DNA of 64,000 nucleotides from the NCBI GenBank assembly GCA_963747595.1, contig CAVVFO010000002.1, positions 1,227,508 to 1,291,507 on the forward strand, given 5' to 3'. The stretch comes from an uncultured Gammaproteobacteria bacterium (lineage in GTDB: Bacteria; Pseudomonadota; Gammaproteobacteria; Xanthomonadales; Rhodanobacteraceae). Below the pieces are notes generated by a model. The model made no database searches and was not told the DNA's origin. It was given only the letters and a program-made list of their open reading frames with translations. The first letter of the stretch is position 1; each line of letters starts with the position of its first letter. The position numbers and the translations under genes are program-made. Below, piece by piece: positions 11,746-23,664 of this stretch.

Positions 11746-12618
11746 ATGGACATCACCGCACAGATGGTCAAGGAGCTGCGCCAGCGTTCCGGCGCCGGCA
11801 TGATGGAATGCAAGAAGGCGCTGGTCGCCAATGACGGCAACGTCGACGTGGCCATGGAGTGGCTGCGCAAGCAGGGTCTGGCCAAGGCGGACAAGAAAGC
11901 CGGCCGCGTGGCTGCCGAGGGCCGCATCGTCGCCGCGCAGGAGAGTGGTCAGGCCGTTCTGGTCGAGGTCAATTGCGAAACCGATTTCGTGGCCAAGGAC
12001 GACAACTTCGTGAGCTTCAGCGATACCGTGGCCGACATCGCCCTGAAGAGCGATGCCGCCAACGCCGAGGCCCTGAAGTCCGCCGCCTATCCCGGCCAGG
12101 GCACCGTCGACGAGGCCGCCAAGGCCCTGATCGCCAAGATTGGCGAGAACATCCAGGTGCGTCGCCTGGCGCGCGTCCAGAGCAACGACACCATCGGCAG
12201 CTACATCCATGGCGGCCGCATCGGTGTGCTGGTGGCGCTGAAGGGCGGCTCGGACGAACTGGCCCGCGGCATCGCCATGCATGTCGCCGCGATGAACCCC
12301 GCCTACATCACCCCGGACGACGTGCCGGAAGAAGTGGTGGCCAAGGAGAAGGACATCGCCCTGGCCCAGGTCAAGGACAGCGGCAAGCCGCCGGAAATCC
12401 TGGAGAAGATGATCTCCGGCAAGCTGCGCAAGACCTTCGCCGAAATCTCCCTGACCGGCCAGCCGTACGTGCTGGATACCGGCAGCAGCGTTGGCGAAGT
12501 GCTGAAGAAGGAAGGCGCCGAAGTCACCGCCGTGGTGCGTCTGGCGGTCGGCGAAGGTGTGGAAAAGAAGGAAGAGGATTTCCACGCCGAGGTCATGAAG
12601 CAGGCCGGCCTGGCCTGA
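11746..12618 (+). CDS. tsf: Elongation factor Ts
   Basis: [34 protein letters not shown]. Confidence 0.98.
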   Translation: MDITAQMVKELRQRSGAGMMECKKALVANDGNVDVAMEWLRKQGLAKADKKAGRVAAEGRIVAAQESGQAVLVEVNCETDFVAKDDNFVSFSDTVADIALKSDAANAEALKSAAYPGQGTVDEAAKALIAKIGENIQVRRLARVQSNDTIGSYIHGGRIGVLVALKGGSDELARGIAMHVAAMNPAYITPDDVPEEVVAKEKDIALAQVKDSGKPPEILEKMISGKLRKTFAEISLTGQPYVLDTGSSVGEVLKKEGAEVTAVVRLAVGEGVEKKEEDFHAEVMKQAGLA

Positions 12619-12636
12619 GCCGCTTCGACAAAAAAG

Positions 12637-12668
12637 AAAAAAGCCGCGAGATTTCGCGGCTTTTTTTT
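12637..12668. terminator. Intrinsic terminator after tsf (bidirectional form)
   Basis: AAAAAAGCCGCGAGATTTCGCGGCTTTTTTTT: GC stem flanked by A and T tracts. Confidence 0.9.
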
Positions 12669-12834
12669 GGTCTGCAAGAAACCGGCCCCAGCAGCCGCCC
12701 GGAGTGGATGTATCAATCCGGACTGGCCGCACTCGACGACGATCTGTCGCAGACCGCCTGCCATTTCGCGAGGGACCCGCGACGGGTTCCCCGCTACACT
12801 ACGACCGTTTGCCCGCCCCATCCCGGAGACCCGC

Positions 12835-13551
12835 ATGAGTGACGACATCCAGTACAAGCGCATCCTGTTGAAACTGTCCGGCGAAGCACTGATGGGGAGC
12901 GAAGACTACGGCATCGACCCCAAAGTCATCGGGCGCCTGGCCGACGAGCTCATCGAGGTACGCGAAGCCGGCGTGGAGATCGGCGTGGTCATCGGTGGCG
13001 GCAACATCTTTCGTGGCGCAGGCCTGGCCTCTGCCGGCATGGACCGTGTCACCGGCGACCACATGGGGATGCTGGCCACGGTCATGAACGCGCTGGCCAT
13101 GCAGGACGCCATCGAGAAGCGCGGCGCCTACGCCCGGGTGATGAGCGCGGTGCCCATTCACGACGTGTGCGAGGACTTCATCCGCCGCCGCGCGGTGCGG
13201 CACATCGAGAAAGGCCGCATTGCGCTGTTTGCCGCCGGTATCGGCAACCCGTTCTTCACGACCGATTCGGCCGCGGCCCTGCGCGCCGTGGAACTGGGCG
13301 CCGACCTGCTGCTCAAGGCCACCAAGGTGGACGGCGTCTACAGTGCCGATCCAGTACGCGACAGCAATGCCACCCGCTACACATCCCTGACCTACGATGA
13401 AGTCATCGAAGGCAAGCTCGCGGTCATGGACACGGCCGCCATCGCCCTGTGCCGCGATCACCGCATGCCGCTGCGCATCTACGACATGACCCAGCCCGGC
13501 AACCTCATGCGCATCATGCGCGGCGAGGCCGTGGGCACGCTGGTGGACTGA
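12835..13551 (+). CDS. pyrH: UMP kinase
   Basis: [45 protein letters not shown]. Confidence 0.98.
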   Translation: MSDDIQYKRILLKLSGEALMGSEDYGIDPKVIGRLADELIEVREAGVEIGVVIGGGNIFRGAGLASAGMDRVTGDHMGMLATVMNALAMQDAIEKRGAYARVMSAVPIHDVCEDFIRRRAVRHIEKGRIALFAAGIGNPFFTTDSAAALRAVELGADLLLKATKVDGVYSADPVRDSNATRYTSLTYDEVIEGKLAVMDTAAIALCRDHRMPLRIYDMTQPGNLMRIMRGEAVGTLVD

Positions 13552-13873
13552 TCCCGCCGGTTCTCGCCGGTCAGCCGCACACTGGACGAAGGAACATCGC
13601 TCACGGATCCGTAAGCTCGCCGGCACCCACCTCAGCCATTGCGCAAGTGGGCGCGATGATGCGCTGGCGGCTCGCAGCTGACGGTCCATGCCTCTCGATC
13701 CGCACGCGCCGAAGCCATGACGCCCCTTTTTGTGCGGGGAGACCCGGTGTCCTTGCCGCCGGCAGACGGACCTGTCGCGTTGCTCCGTAAGGCCCCGCCC
13801 GTCATGCAGATGTGAACGTGGCCTGCGACCGCACTGCTATACTTGTCCGATTGACTGGCATATGGAGTTCCCC

Positions 13874-14431
13874 ATGCTCAACGACATCAAGAAGGACGCC
13901 GAAACCCGCATGGGCAAGAGCGTCGAGGCGCTGCACAACGAGCTGCAGCGTTTGCGTACCGGCCGCGCCAGCACGGCGCTGGTGGAGGGCATCAAGGTGT
14001 CCTACTACGGCACCGACACCCCCTTGAGCCAGGTGGCCGGCGTGGCCGTGACGGATGGCCGCTCGCTGACCATCACCCCCTGGGAAAAGACCATGGTCGG
14101 TCCCGTGGAAAAAGCCTTGCTGGCATCGGATATCGGCATCACGCCGACCACCGCGGGCATGGTGATCCGTCTCAACATGCCGCCGCTGACCGAAGAGCGC
14201 CGCAAGGAACTGGTCAAGCACGTGGGCGCCGAAGGCGAAAACACCAAGATCGCGGTACGCAACATCCGCCGCGATGCCATGCAGCAGGTCAAGGACCTTC
14301 TGAAGGAAAAGGAAATCACCGAGGACGACGAGCATCGCGCCGAGGACGAGGTGCAGAAGCTCACCGACCGCTATGTCGCCCGCGTGGACGAAGTGGTCAA
14401 GGACAAGGAAGACGAATTGATGGCCATATGA
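13874..14431 (+). CDS. frr: Ribosome recycling factor
   Basis: LRTGRAS, IRLNMPPLTEERRKELVK, RNIRRDA; TGCTATACT extended -10 upstream. Confidence 0.98.
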   Translation: MLNDIKKDAETRMGKSVEALHNELQRLRTGRASTALVEGIKVSYYGTDTPLSQVAGVAVTDGRSLTITPWEKTMVGPVEKALLASDIGITPTTAGMVIRLNMPPLTEERRKELVKHVGAEGENTKIAVRNIRRDAMQQVKDLLKEKEITEDDEHRAEDEVQKLTDRYVARVDEVVKDKEDELMAI

Positions 14432-14564
14432 GCCAAGAACCCTCCGAGCGGGTGTGTGCAGGGATCCCCGTCATGCGGTGCACGCCGCAGATGCTTCGCC
14501 GCTGCGCCCGGCGCACGCACTGCCTGGCAGGGTCCCGCCCACGCAGAGCGTGCAACCCGGGATC

Positions 14565-15338
14565 ATGAGCACGTCTCACATGACATCGGCCGCCGAGCGC
14601 ATCCCCCGGCACCTGGCCATCATCATGGACGGCAATGGACGCTGGGCCAAGCGCCGCCATCTGCCACGTCAGGCCGGTCATCGCGCCGGACAGAAGGCCG
14701 TGCGCCAGGCAGTGCAGTTCTGCCTGCAGCGGCACATCGGCGTGTTGACCCTGTTTGCCTTTTCCAGCGAGAACTGGCGCCGGCCGCAAAACGAGGTCGG
14801 GGCGTTGATGTCGCTGTTTCTCAAGGCGCTGGACAGCGAACTGGACGAACTGCATGAAAACGGCGTGCGCATCGAGTTCGTGGGCGAGCTGTCCGCCTTC
14901 GATGCTACCCTGCGCCAGCGTATGGAGCGCGCACGCACGGTGACCTGCGCCAACAGGGGGCTGCATCTCAATGTGGCACTGAACTATGGTGGCCGCTGGG
15001 ACATGGCGCGGGCAGCCCGCAGGATGGCGGAGGCGGTCCAGCGGGGCGACATGGAACCCGCCGACATCGACGAGCAGTCACTGGCTCCATTCCTGTGCCT
15101 GAGCCAGTTGCCGCCGCCGGACCTGTTCATCCGCAGCGGCGGCGAACACCGCATCAGCAATTTCCTGCTCTGGCAGCTGGCCTATGCGGAACTGATTTTC
15201 ATCGATACCCTGTGGCCGGACGTCGACCATGATTGCCTGGACGCGGCGGTCGCCGAGTTCGCGCGACGCGAGCGCCGGTTCGGCCGCACCGGCGCGCAGG
15301 TCGCCGCCGACACCCATTCATCCCCCAAGGTTTCCTAG
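14565..15338 (+). CDS. uppS: Undecaprenyl diphosphate synthase
   Basis: HLAIIMDGNGRWA, AFSSENWRRP, NYGGRWD, IRSGGEHRISNFLLWQLAYAE. Confidence 0.96.
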   Translation: MSTSHMTSAAERIPRHLAIIMDGNGRWAKRRHLPRQAGHRAGQKAVRQAVQFCLQRHIGVLTLFAFSSENWRRPQNEVGALMSLFLKALDSELDELHENGVRIEFVGELSAFDATLRQRMERARTVTCANRGLHLNVALNYGGRWDMARAARRMAEAVQRGDMEPADIDEQSLAPFLCLSQLPPPDLFIRSGGEHRISNFLLWQLAYAELIFIDTLWPDVDHDCLDAAVAEFARRERRFGRTGAQVAADTHSSPKVS

Positions 15339-15348
15339 AAGAATCCGC

Positions 15349-16170
15349 ATGCTGCGAACGCGCGTACTGACCGCTGCCCTGCTGATCCCCATCGCATTGC
15401 TGGTGATCCTGCTGCCGACCACGGCGATCTTCGCGATCGTGCTGGCGCTGGTCTTCATCCTGGGCGCATGGGAATGGACGCGGCTGTGCGGCTTGCACGG
15501 AGCGGTCGCGCGTGCCATGGCCATCCTGGCAATGCTCCTGATCATGCTTGCGCTCTGGCTGTGGCGCCTGCAACCTGCAGTATGGCCGGTGGTGGTTGCG
15601 CTGGGAGTCGCCTGGTGGATCGTCAGCTTGCGCTGGTTGCGCGGCTACAGCTTCGCCGCCGCACCCGGCCGGGAAAATCGCGCCCTGAAACTGGTCGCCG
15701 GCCTCTTCATTTTCGTTCCGGCCTGGGCAGCACTGGTCACCATCCACGGGCTGCAACCGTATGGGCCATGGTGGACCTTGTTCGCGGTGGTCATCGTGTG
15801 GTTCGCGGACACCGGCGCCTATTTTTCCGGACGTTTCTTCGGCCGCCGCAAACTGGCTCCACGGATCAGCCCGGGCAAGACCTGGGCCGGCGCCTATGGT
15901 GCCGTAGTCTTCGGCGGCCTGATCGCGGGACTGGGCGGCTGGGCGCTGGATACCCACGGGTGGCGACTGGCCGGACTGGTACTGCTGGGGGTGGTCACCG
16001 TGATCGCATCGATCATCGGCGACCTGTTTGAAAGCCTGATGAAGCGCCATGCCGACATCAAGGATTCCGGCACCCTGTTCCCCGGCCATGGCGGTCTGCT
16101 GGATCGTATGGACAGTGTTTTTGCCGCGATGCCCGTATTCGCGGCCGGCATGTGGCTGTTGCACCCATGA
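15349..16170 (+). CDS. cdsA: Phosphatidate cytidylyltransferase
   Basis: Multi-TM protein with [44 protein letters not shown]. Confidence 0.96.
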   Translation: MLRTRVLTAALLIPIALLVILLPTTAIFAIVLALVFILGAWEWTRLCGLHGAVARAMAILAMLLIMLALWLWRLQPAVWPVVVALGVAWWIVSLRWLRGYSFAAAPGRENRALKLVAGLFIFVPAWAALVTIHGLQPYGPWWTLFAVVIVWFADTGAYFSGRFFGRRKLAPRISPGKTWAGAYGAVVFGGLIAGLGGWALDTHGWRLAGLVLLGVVTVIASIIGDLFESLMKRHADIKDSGTLFPGHGGLLDRMDSVFAAMPVFAAGMWLLHP

Positions 16171-17351
16171 ACGCGCCGATCCGCCTGGCCATTCTCGGCG
16201 CCACCGGCTCGATCGGCGCAAGCACGCTGGATGTGGTGGCGCGCCATCCGGAGCGTTTCGTGGTGGACGTGCTGGCGGCACATCGCAATGTGGATGCGCT
16301 GGCACAACTGTGCCGCACATACCGTCCACGCGTGGCCATCATCGCCGATGCCGCGTGCAAGGACGCGTTGCACCGAAAGCTCAAATCCCTGAACGTGCAG
16401 TGCGAGGTGCACGCCGGCGCCGCCGCTCTGGCAACAGCGGCCGAATCTGCGGACAACAGCACGGTGGTCGCCGCCATCGTGGGCGCGGCAGGCCTGGAAT
16501 CCACCCTTGCCGCCGCACGCGCGGGCAAGCGCCTGCTGCTGGCCAACAAGGAATCGGTGGTCATGGCGGGCCCGCTGCTGATGCAGGCGCTGCGCGATGG
16601 CGGCGGTCAGCTGGTACCCGTGGATTCGGAGCACAATGCCATCTTCCAGTGTCTGCCCGGCGGGCGCCCGCCGCTGGACGAGTCCGGCGTGCGGCGCATC
16701 GTGCTGACCGCGTCCGGCGGACCGTTCCGCGGCCGCAGTCGCGCGTCGCTGCGCACCGTGACGCCGGATCAGGCGTGTGCGCATCCCAACTGGGAAATGG
16801 GCCGCAAGATCTCGGTGGACTCGGCCACCATGATGAACAAGGGCCTCGAGGTGATCGAGGCGCATCATCTGTTCGGCGCGGCACCGGAACGCATCGACGT
16901 CTTGGTGCATCCGCAAAGCATCGTGCATTCGATGGTCGAATACCTGGACGGCTCGACGCTGGCGCAACTCGGCAACCCGGATATGCGCACGGCGCTGGCG
17001 CATGCACTGGCCTGGCCCGCACGCATCGAATCCGGTGTGCCCTCGCTGGACCTGGCCCGGGTGGCCGCGCTGCATTTCGAGGCCGCCGACACCGACACCT
17101 TCCGTTGCCTGCCACTGGCGTTCGATGCCCTGCGTGAAGGTGGCGATGCACCCGCCATCCTCAACGCCGCCAATGAAGTGGCCGTGGCTGCATTCCTGGA
17201 CGGCGCGCTGCCGTTCCTGGATATCTCGGAGATCATCGAGACGGTGCTGACGGAACTGCCGGCGCAACGCGTGGTCGATATTGCGACACTGGTGCAACGC
17301 GACACCGACGCGCGCCAGGCTGCACAGCGCGCCATTGCCCGGCACTGCTAA
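16167..17351 (+). CDS. dxr: 1-deoxy-D-xylulose-5-phosphate reductoisomerase
   Basis: [53 protein letters not shown]. Confidence 0.97.
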   Translation: MNAPIRLAILGATGSIGASTLDVVARHPERFVVDVLAAHRNVDALAQLCRTYRPRVAIIADAACKDALHRKLKSLNVQCEVHAGAAALATAAESADNSTVVAAIVGAAGLESTLAAARAGKRLLLANKESVVMAGPLLMQALRDGGGQLVPVDSEHNAIFQCLPGGRPPLDESGVRRIVLTASGGPFRGRSRASLRTVTPDQACAHPNWEMGRKISVDSATMMNKGLEVIEAHHLFGAAPERIDVLVHPQSIVHSMVEYLDGSTLAQLGNPDMRTALAHALAWPARIESGVPSLDLARVAALHFEAADTDTFRCLPLAFDALREGGDAPAILNAANEVAVAAFLDGALPFLDISEIIETVLTELPAQRVVDIATLVQRDTDARQAAQRAIARHC

Positions 17352-17422
17352 ACTAGGCGATCACCCCTGCCCTGCAGCGATGGCAAGCTGCGCACCCGAG
17401 ACGAGCGAACACACCACCTCAT

Positions 17423-18772
17423 ATGTCGACATTCTTCGGTTCCGTCTGGTGGTTGCTGGTCACCCTGGGAGTTCTCGTGACCTTCCACGAGTTCGGCCAC
17501 TTCATCGTGGCCCGCCGCTGCGGCGTCAAGGTGTTGCGTTTTTCCGTGGGTTTCGGCCGCGCGCTGTGGAGCCGCGTCGCGCGGGATGGCACGGAGTACC
17601 GCATCGCGGCGATACCGCTGGGCGGCTACGTGAAGATGCTGGATGCGCGCGAAGGCGATGTCGACCCCGCACTGCGCGATCAGGAGTTCACCGGCAAGCC
17701 GCTGGCAAAACGCATCGCCATCGTCGCTGCGGGCCCCGTCTTCAATCTGATCTTCGCGCTGGCGGCGTTCTGGCTGATGTTCATGATCGGCAAACCGGAC
17801 GTGCCCCCCGTGGTCGGCGCTCCGCCGGCACACACCCTGGCCGCGGACGCCGGGCTGCATGCGCACGACACGGTGACCAAGGTTGGCGATTCCCGGGTTT
17901 CGACCTGGACCGGCATGTACGATGCGCTGACCCGCGACATGCTGTCGCATCATCCCGTGGCGCTCACCGTCCATACCCCCGGGGGCCATACCCGCACAGT
18001 GACGCTGCCTCTGGACCGCCTGCCGCAGGATGTCGACCTGGCCAGCGCGTCCGACCGGCTCGGGCTGGTGCAACCGCCCCCATCGGCGGTCATCGGGAGC
18101 GTACTGCCGGGGCACCCGGCCGCCAAAGCCGGATTGCGCAAGGGCGACCGCATCACCGCAGTCGGTGATACGCCGGTCGGCAATTTCATCGAGGTCGGCA
18201 AGGCCATCCGGGCGCAGGCGAAGAAGTCCCCGCATCTCAGGCTCTCGATCCAGCGCGGCGGCCGCACGTTGAGCGTCCCAGTGACGGCCAAATGGGGCGT
18301 GCTGGAGGGCAATCCCAAGGCCACATGGGGCATCGGCATCGGTCCGCAGCCACCGCCCACGGCGCGCCTGCGCTATGGGCCGCTGCATGCAGCCGGGGCC
18401 GCGTTCGCCACCACATGGAACGAGACGGCCACCACGTTCACCATGATTGGCCGGATGCTGACCGGCCAGGCCTCGACACGCAATCTTTCCGGCGTGATCA
18501 CCATTGCCCGCGTGGCCGATGCATCGGCCAGCATGGGGCTGGCCTGGTTCCTGAATTTCCTCGGTTTGGTGTCCCTGAGCCTGGCGATTCTCAACCTGCT
18601 GCCGATCCCGATCTTGGACGGCGGGCACCTGCTGTATTACCTTATCGAATTGGTCAAGGGTAGCCCGGTCAGCGAACGGGCCATGATCACCGGCCAGTTT
18701 GTCGGCATGGCACTGCTTGCCACCCTCATGGGGCTGGCGTTCTACAACGATATTCTGCGGTTGGCCTCATGA
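17423..18772 (+). CDS. rseP: RIP metalloprotease RseP
   Basis: HEFGH, two PDZ-like regions, NLLPIPILDGG. Confidence 0.96.
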   Translation: MSTFFGSVWWLLVTLGVLVTFHEFGHFIVARRCGVKVLRFSVGFGRALWSRVARDGTEYRIAAIPLGGYVKMLDAREGDVDPALRDQEFTGKPLAKRIAIVAAGPVFNLIFALAAFWLMFMIGKPDVPPVVGAPPAHTLAADAGLHAHDTVTKVGDSRVSTWTGMYDALTRDMLSHHPVALTVHTPGGHTRTVTLPLDRLPQDVDLASASDRLGLVQPPPSAVIGSVLPGHPAAKAGLRKGDRITAVGDTPVGNFIEVGKAIRAQAKKSPHLRLSIQRGGRTLSVPVTAKWGVLEGNPKATWGIGIGPQPPPTARLRYGPLHAAGAAFATTWNETATTFTMIGRMLTGQASTRNLSGVITIARVADASASMGLAWFLNFLGLVSLSLAILNLLPIPILDGGHLLYYLIELVKGSPVSERAMITGQFVGMALLATLMGLAFYNDILRLAS

Positions 18773-18836
18773 CGTCGGGCCACCGTTCGCTGCGGCTGAT
18801 CGCCGCACCTTTGCACTTATTTGACTGGAATCGACG

Positions 18837-21197
18837 ATGAAGCGTATCGCCGCCCTGATTCTTCTTGCCACGATGAGCGCAAAAGCGCTCGCGATGCAGC
18901 CGTTCGTGGTCTCCGACATCCGTGTCGACGGCCTGTCGCGCATCTCCACCGGCTCCGTTCTCAGCTATCTGCCCGTCAACAAGGGCGACACGCTCGACGA
19001 GGCAACCGCGCAACGCGCCATCCATGCGCTGTACAACACCGGCTTCTTCAGCGACGTGGAACTGGATCGCCAGGGCGACATCCTGGTGGTCAAGGTGATC
19101 GAGCGCCCGTCCATCGCCAAGCTGACCATCCGCGGCAACAAGGCCATCAAGACCGATGACCTGAAAAAGGGTCTGAAGCAGTCGGGGCTGGCCGAAGGGC
19201 AGACATTCGACCGCCTGACCCTGGATCAGGTACGGCACGAGCTGGTGCGCCAGTACTACAACCGGGGCCATTACAACGTCTCGGTGGATCCGCACGTGAC
19301 CCACCTGAGCCGCAACCGCGTGAATATCGACCTGGAGATCCGCGAGGGCAAGTCTGCGCGGATCCAGAAGATCAATATCGTCGGCAACAAGACCTTCACC
19401 GACAGCCAGATCCGCGACAATTTCGAATCGGGCACGCCCAACTGGCTGTCCTGGTACACCAAGAACGACCAGTACTCGAAGGAAAAGCTCTCCGGCGACC
19501 TGAAGAAGCTCGGCTCGTACTACATGGACCGCGGCTACGCCGATTTCGACACCGACTCGACCGAGGTGAGCATCAGCCCCGACAAGCGCAATGTGTACAT
19601 CACCGCCAGCGTCAAGGAAGGGGATGTTTACACGGTGTCCAAGGTGCACCTGCTGGGCAAGCTGATTCTGCCGGAAAAATCCATGCGCCAGCTGGTCTTC
19701 GTCAAGCCGGGCCAGAAGTTCGACCGGCAGATGGTCGAGAACAGCAAGAAGGCCATGAAATCGCTGCTGGCCAACATCGGTTACGCGTTCGCCAAGGTGA
19801 AGGTCAGCCCCAAGCTGGACAAGTCCAAGCACACCGTGGACCTCACCTTCTACGTCAAGCCCGGCCCCCGCGTGTATGTGCGCCGTATCGTCTTCGAAGG
19901 CAACACCGTCACCCAGGACAACGTGCTGCGCCGCGAAATGCGCCAGGTCGAAGGCGGCTGGTTCTCGCAGGCCGCCGTGGACCGTTCCAAGATCCGTCTG
20001 CAGCGCCTGGGCTATTTCAAGGACATCAAGATCAAGAAGACCCGCGTGCCCGGTTCACCGGACGAGGTCGATCTGAAGGTGGCCGTCAAGGAGCAGTCCT
20101 CGGGCAGCCTGCAGTTCGGTCTGGGCTACTCACAGTATTCGGGCGCCATCATCAGCGCCTCGGTGAAACAGCGCAATTTCGGCGGCACGGGCGACGAGTT
20201 CTCCATTGCCGCGCAGACCAGCCGCTACTACAAGAGCATCAGCCTGGGCTACGTGAATCCGTACCTCACCGACAGCGGGGTCAGCATCGGCTACAACGCC
20301 AGCTACAGCAAGCTGGACTACGGCAATACGAATTTCGCCAACTACACCAACAGCACACGCTCCTTCTCGACGTATCTGGGTATCCCGGTCAGCGAATTCG
20401 ACAACATCAATGTCGGGGTGGGCATCAGCAGCAACCTGATCAACACGTTCGCCAGCTACACGCCGTATTCGCTGGTCCACTACCAGAACATCATCGGCCA
20501 CAAGACCATCCACAGCGGCACCATCACCGCAGGATTCACCCACGACACGCGCAACGCCTACTGGGCGCCCACCCGTGGCGGCCTGCAGCAGATCAGCATT
20601 CACGCGTCCGTGCCCGGCTCCACCGTGGAGTACTGGAAAGCCACGTATCATGGCGACCATTACTGGCCCATCGGCGGCGGCTTCGTGGCCTTCCTCGGTG
20701 GCCACCTGGGCTACGGCAAGACCTACGGCAGTGATTCCGGACTGGCCTTCCCCTTCTGGCAGAACTTCTATGCCGGCGGCGTGGACGACGTGCGCGGTTT
20801 CCAGGAAAACGCACTGGGCCCGCGCGATTGCCCGAGCCTCGACGGCACGCCGCCTCCGGCCCCGGTCAATGGCCGCTGCACCAGCGGCTATTCGTATTAC
20901 GCCCAGCCGATCGGCGGCGCGTTCAAGGTGCAGGCCACGGCGCAGATGTTCCTGCCCATACCCGGCCTGAAGGACATCAACACTGCACGCGTGGCGGCCT
21001 TCGTCGATACCGGCAACGTGTACAAGAGTTTCAACGACTTCAACGCCAGCACCCTGCGCGCCTCATACGGCCTTTCACTGCAATGGCAGGCACCGGTGGG
21101 TCCGCTGGTCATCAGCATTGCCAAGCCGTTCCGCTCGCAGCCGGGCGACAGCCACTACGAGGAACGCATCCAGTTCACCTTCGGCAATCAGCTGTGA
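18837..21197 (+). CDS. bamA: Outer membrane protein assembly factor BamA
   Basis: Signal peptide, POTRA repeats, YAGGVDDVRGF, terminal FTFGNQL. Confidence 0.97.
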   Translation: MKRIAALILLATMSAKALAMQPFVVSDIRVDGLSRISTGSVLSYLPVNKGDTLDEATAQRAIHALYNTGFFSDVELDRQGDILVVKVIERPSIAKLTIRGNKAIKTDDLKKGLKQSGLAEGQTFDRLTLDQVRHELVRQYYNRGHYNVSVDPHVTHLSRNRVNIDLEIREGKSARIQKINIVGNKTFTDSQIRDNFESGTPNWLSWYTKNDQYSKEKLSGDLKKLGSYYMDRGYADFDTDSTEVSISPDKRNVYITASVKEGDVYTVSKVHLLGKLILPEKSMRQLVFVKPGQKFDRQMVENSKKAMKSLLANIGYAFAKVKVSPKLDKSKHTVDLTFYVKPGPRVYVRRIVFEGNTVTQDNVLRREMRQVEGGWFSQAAVDRSKIRLQRLGYFKDIKIKKTRVPGSPDEVDLKVAVKEQSSGSLQFGLGYSQYSGAIISASVKQRNFGGTGDEFSIAAQTSRYYKSISLGYVNPYLTDSGVSIGYNASYSKLDYGNTNFANYTNSTRSFSTYLGIPVSEFDNINVGVGISSNLINTFASYTPYSLVHYQNIIGHKTIHSGTITAGFTHDTRNAYWAPTRGGLQQISIHASVPGSTVEYWKATYHGDHYWPIGGGFVAFLGGHLGYGKTYGSDSGLAFPFWQNFYAGGVDDVRGFQENALGPRDCPSLDGTPPPAPVNGRCTSGYSYYAQPIGGAFKVQATAQMFLPIPGLKDINTARVAAFVDTGNVYKSFNDFNASTLRASYGLSLQWQAPVGPLVISIAKPFRSQPGDSHYEERIQFTFGNQL

Positions 21198-21263
21198 CTC
21201 AGGCCGCTGCCCGCCCTGCCGGGCAACGGCCTGAAGCCTTGTAATTTCCTGGCGTCCGGGGAC

Positions 21264-22295
21264 ATGCCGTTGAACGAAGTCACATATACACTGGCCGAAC
21301 TGGCGGACCGTTTCGGCCTGCAGGTCCAGGGCGCCTCCGCCACGTCGATTGCGGGCGTCGCCAGCCTGATCGACGCTGGTGAAGGACAACTCGCTTTCCT
21401 GGCTGATCCACGTTACAAGGCGCAGTTGGCGCACACGCACGCTGCCGCGGTGGTCATGCGCCGCGAACACGCCGAGACGTTCTCCGGCAATGCCCTGATC
21501 GCCGACGATCCCTATGTGAGCTTCGCGCATGTCGCGGAATTGTACGAACACCGTCCCGCAGCACGGCCGGGCGTGCACTGCAGCGCCGTCGTCGATCCGA
21601 GCGCGCACATCAGCGACACTGCCTGCATCGGCCCCCTGAGCGTGATCGAGGCACACGCGGTCGTCGACGACGGCGCAGTCATCGGCCCCCACTGCGTGGT
21701 CGGCGAGGGCTGCCACGTGGGTGCGCAGTCATGCCTGGTCGCGCGGGTCACGCTGGTCGGCAAAGTCACGTTGGGCAAGCGCGTGCGTGTACACCCCGGC
21801 GCGGTGATCGGCGCGGACGGCTTCGGCCTGGCACTGGAGCGCGATCACTGGCTCAAGGTGCCGCAGCTGGGCGGCGTGCGCATCGGCGACGATTGCGAAA
21901 TCGGTGCCAACACCACCATCGACCGTGGCGCGCTCAGCGACACCGTGCTGGAAGAAGATGTGCGCCTGGACAATCAGATCCAGATCGCGCACAACGTGCA
22001 TATCGGGGCGCACACAGCCATGGCCGGCTGCGCCGCCGTGGCCGGAAGCGCGCGGATCGGCCGCTGGTGCATGGTCGGAGGCAATGCCGGCATCCTCGGA
22101 CATCTCGAGGTCGCTGACCGCGTTACCATTACATCCAAGAGCCTGGTCACGCACTCCATCCGCGAATCGGGTGAATATTCATCGGGCGTGCCGCTGCAGG
22201 AAAATCGGCAGTGGCGTCGCAATGCCGCCCGCTTCAAGCATCTGGACGAGTACGCGCGCCGCCTCAAGGCGCTGGAAAGGAAAAAGCATGACTGA
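21264..22295 (+). CDS. lpxD: UDP-3-O-acylglucosamine N-acyltransferase
   Basis: Hexapeptide repeats, IGADGFG, EIGANTTIDRG, LDNQIQIAHN. Confidence 0.96.
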   Translation: MPLNEVTYTLAELADRFGLQVQGASATSIAGVASLIDAGEGQLAFLADPRYKAQLAHTHAAAVVMRREHAETFSGNALIADDPYVSFAHVAELYEHRPAARPGVHCSAVVDPSAHISDTACIGPLSVIEAHAVVDDGAVIGPHCVVGEGCHVGAQSCLVARVTLVGKVTLGKRVRVHPGAVIGADGFGLALERDHWLKVPQLGGVRIGDDCEIGANTTIDRGALSDTVLEEDVRLDNQIQIAHNVHIGAHTAMAGCAAVAGSARIGRWCMVGGNAGILGHLEVADRVTITSKSLVTHSIRESGEYSSGVPLQENRQWRRNAARFKHLDEYARRLKALERKKHD

Positions 22296-22758
22296 CACAC
22301 CCAATCCCGTGAAGCTGCCGCTCGACGTGGAGCAGATTCAGGATCTGCTGCCGCATCGATACCCGTTTCTGCTGGTGGACCGTGTGATCGCCGTGGATCC
22401 GGGACAACGCATCGTGGCCCTGAAGAACGTGTCCATCAATGAGCCGTTCTTTGCCGGCCACTTCCCCGGACATCCGATCATGCCCGGGGTACTGATCGTT
22501 GAAGCCATGGCGCAGGCGGCGGGCGTGCTGGTGCGCCTGACCGCCGCACAAGATGGCGACCATACCAAACCGCTGTTCTACCTGGTCAAGGTGGACCGGG
22601 CGCGCTTCACCGCCATGGTGGTGCCGGGAGACCAGCTGCGCATGGAGGTCTCCATCAAACGCATGTTGCGCGGCATGGGCGTGTTCGAGGCACGTGCGCT
22701 GGTCGACAACAAGGAAGTCGCCAGCTGCGAGCTGATCTGTGCCGGACGCACCAACTGA
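22288..22758 (+). CDS. fabZ: 3-hydroxyacyl-ACP dehydratase
   Basis: [35 protein letters not shown]. Confidence 0.97.
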   Translation: MTDTPNPVKLPLDVEQIQDLLPHRYPFLLVDRVIAVDPGQRIVALKNVSINEPFFAGHFPGHPIMPGVLIVEAMAQAAGVLVRLTAAQDGDHTKPLFYLVKVDRARFTAMVVPGDQLRMEVSIKRMLRGMGVFEARALVDNKEVASCELICAGRTN

Positions 22759-22774
22759 ACCAAGGAACTGTCCG

Positions 22775-23554
22775 ATGATCCATCCCACCGCACAGGTCGA
22801 TGCGTCCGCCCGGCTCGGCGACAATGTCAGCATCGGTGCCTACAGCGTCATCGGTGCCGAGGTGCAGATCGGCACCGGCACCCGTGTCGGCCCGCATGTG
22901 GTCATCGAGGGGCCGACCCGCATCGGTCGCGACAACCGCATCTGGCAATTCGCGTCCATTGGCGCAGATCCGCAGGACAAGAAATTCGACGGCGGCCATT
23001 CCGAACTGATCATCGGCGACCGCAACGTCTTTCGTGAATTCCTTACCATCAATCGCGGCACCGAGGGCGGCGGCGGCATCACCCGCATTGGCGATGACAA
23101 CTGGCTTATGGCCTACGTGCACATCGCGCACGACTGCATCGTCGGCAATCACACCGTGTTCTCCAACAATGCATCGCTGGCCGGCCACGTGGAGGTCGGC
23201 GACTGGGTCATCCTGGCCGCCCTCTCGGGTGTGCACCAGTTCTGCAAGGTCGGCGCCCACGCATTCATCGGCATGGGCTGCCTGATCGCGCGGGACGTGC
23301 CGCCGTTCGTGATGATGGCCAACGAACAGGACGTGCATGGGCGACCACGCGGCATCAACAGCGAGGGCCTGCGCCGGCGTGGCTACGAGTCCCCCCGCAT
23401 CATGACCATCAAGCGCGCATTTCGCACCCTCTACAAGGCCGGCCTTACACTGCAGGACGCGCGCGAGAAACTGCAGGCCGAGGCAAACCAAAGCGAGGAC
23501 GTCAAGCAGATGCTCGAGTTCATCGAGCGCAGCGAGCGGGGCCTGAAGCGCTGA
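22775..23554 (+). CDS. lpxA: UDP-N-acetylglucosamine O-acyltransferase
   Basis: [30 protein letters not shown]. Confidence 0.97.
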   Translation: MIHPTAQVDASARLGDNVSIGAYSVIGAEVQIGTGTRVGPHVVIEGPTRIGRDNRIWQFASIGADPQDKKFDGGHSELIIGDRNVFREFLTINRGTEGGGGITRIGDDNWLMAYVHIAHDCIVGNHTVFSNNASLAGHVEVGDWVILAALSGVHQFCKVGAHAFIGMGCLIARDVPPFVMMANEQDVHGRPRGINSEGLRRRGYESPRIMTIKRAFRTLYKAGLTLQDAREKLQAEANQSEDVKQMLEFIERSERGLKR

Positions 23555-23664
23555 CGCATCGAGACCTTGTCCGTCGCGCCGCGATCCCCCCCCACGTGAA
23601 CCTGTGCATCAACTGACACCGCTCGTTGCACGCTGAATCCACCGATGCCCCTTATGCCCGCCGC

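Noticed and set aside
13552-13873. 322-bp pyrH-frr gap as a possible sRNA or small gene
   Set aside because: No convincing RBS, terminator or recognisable structure; only the frr extended -10 is supported.
21198-21263. Absence of skp between bamA and lpxD
   Set aside because: As I recall this is the normal arrangement in Xanthomonadales, so it is not a lesion.
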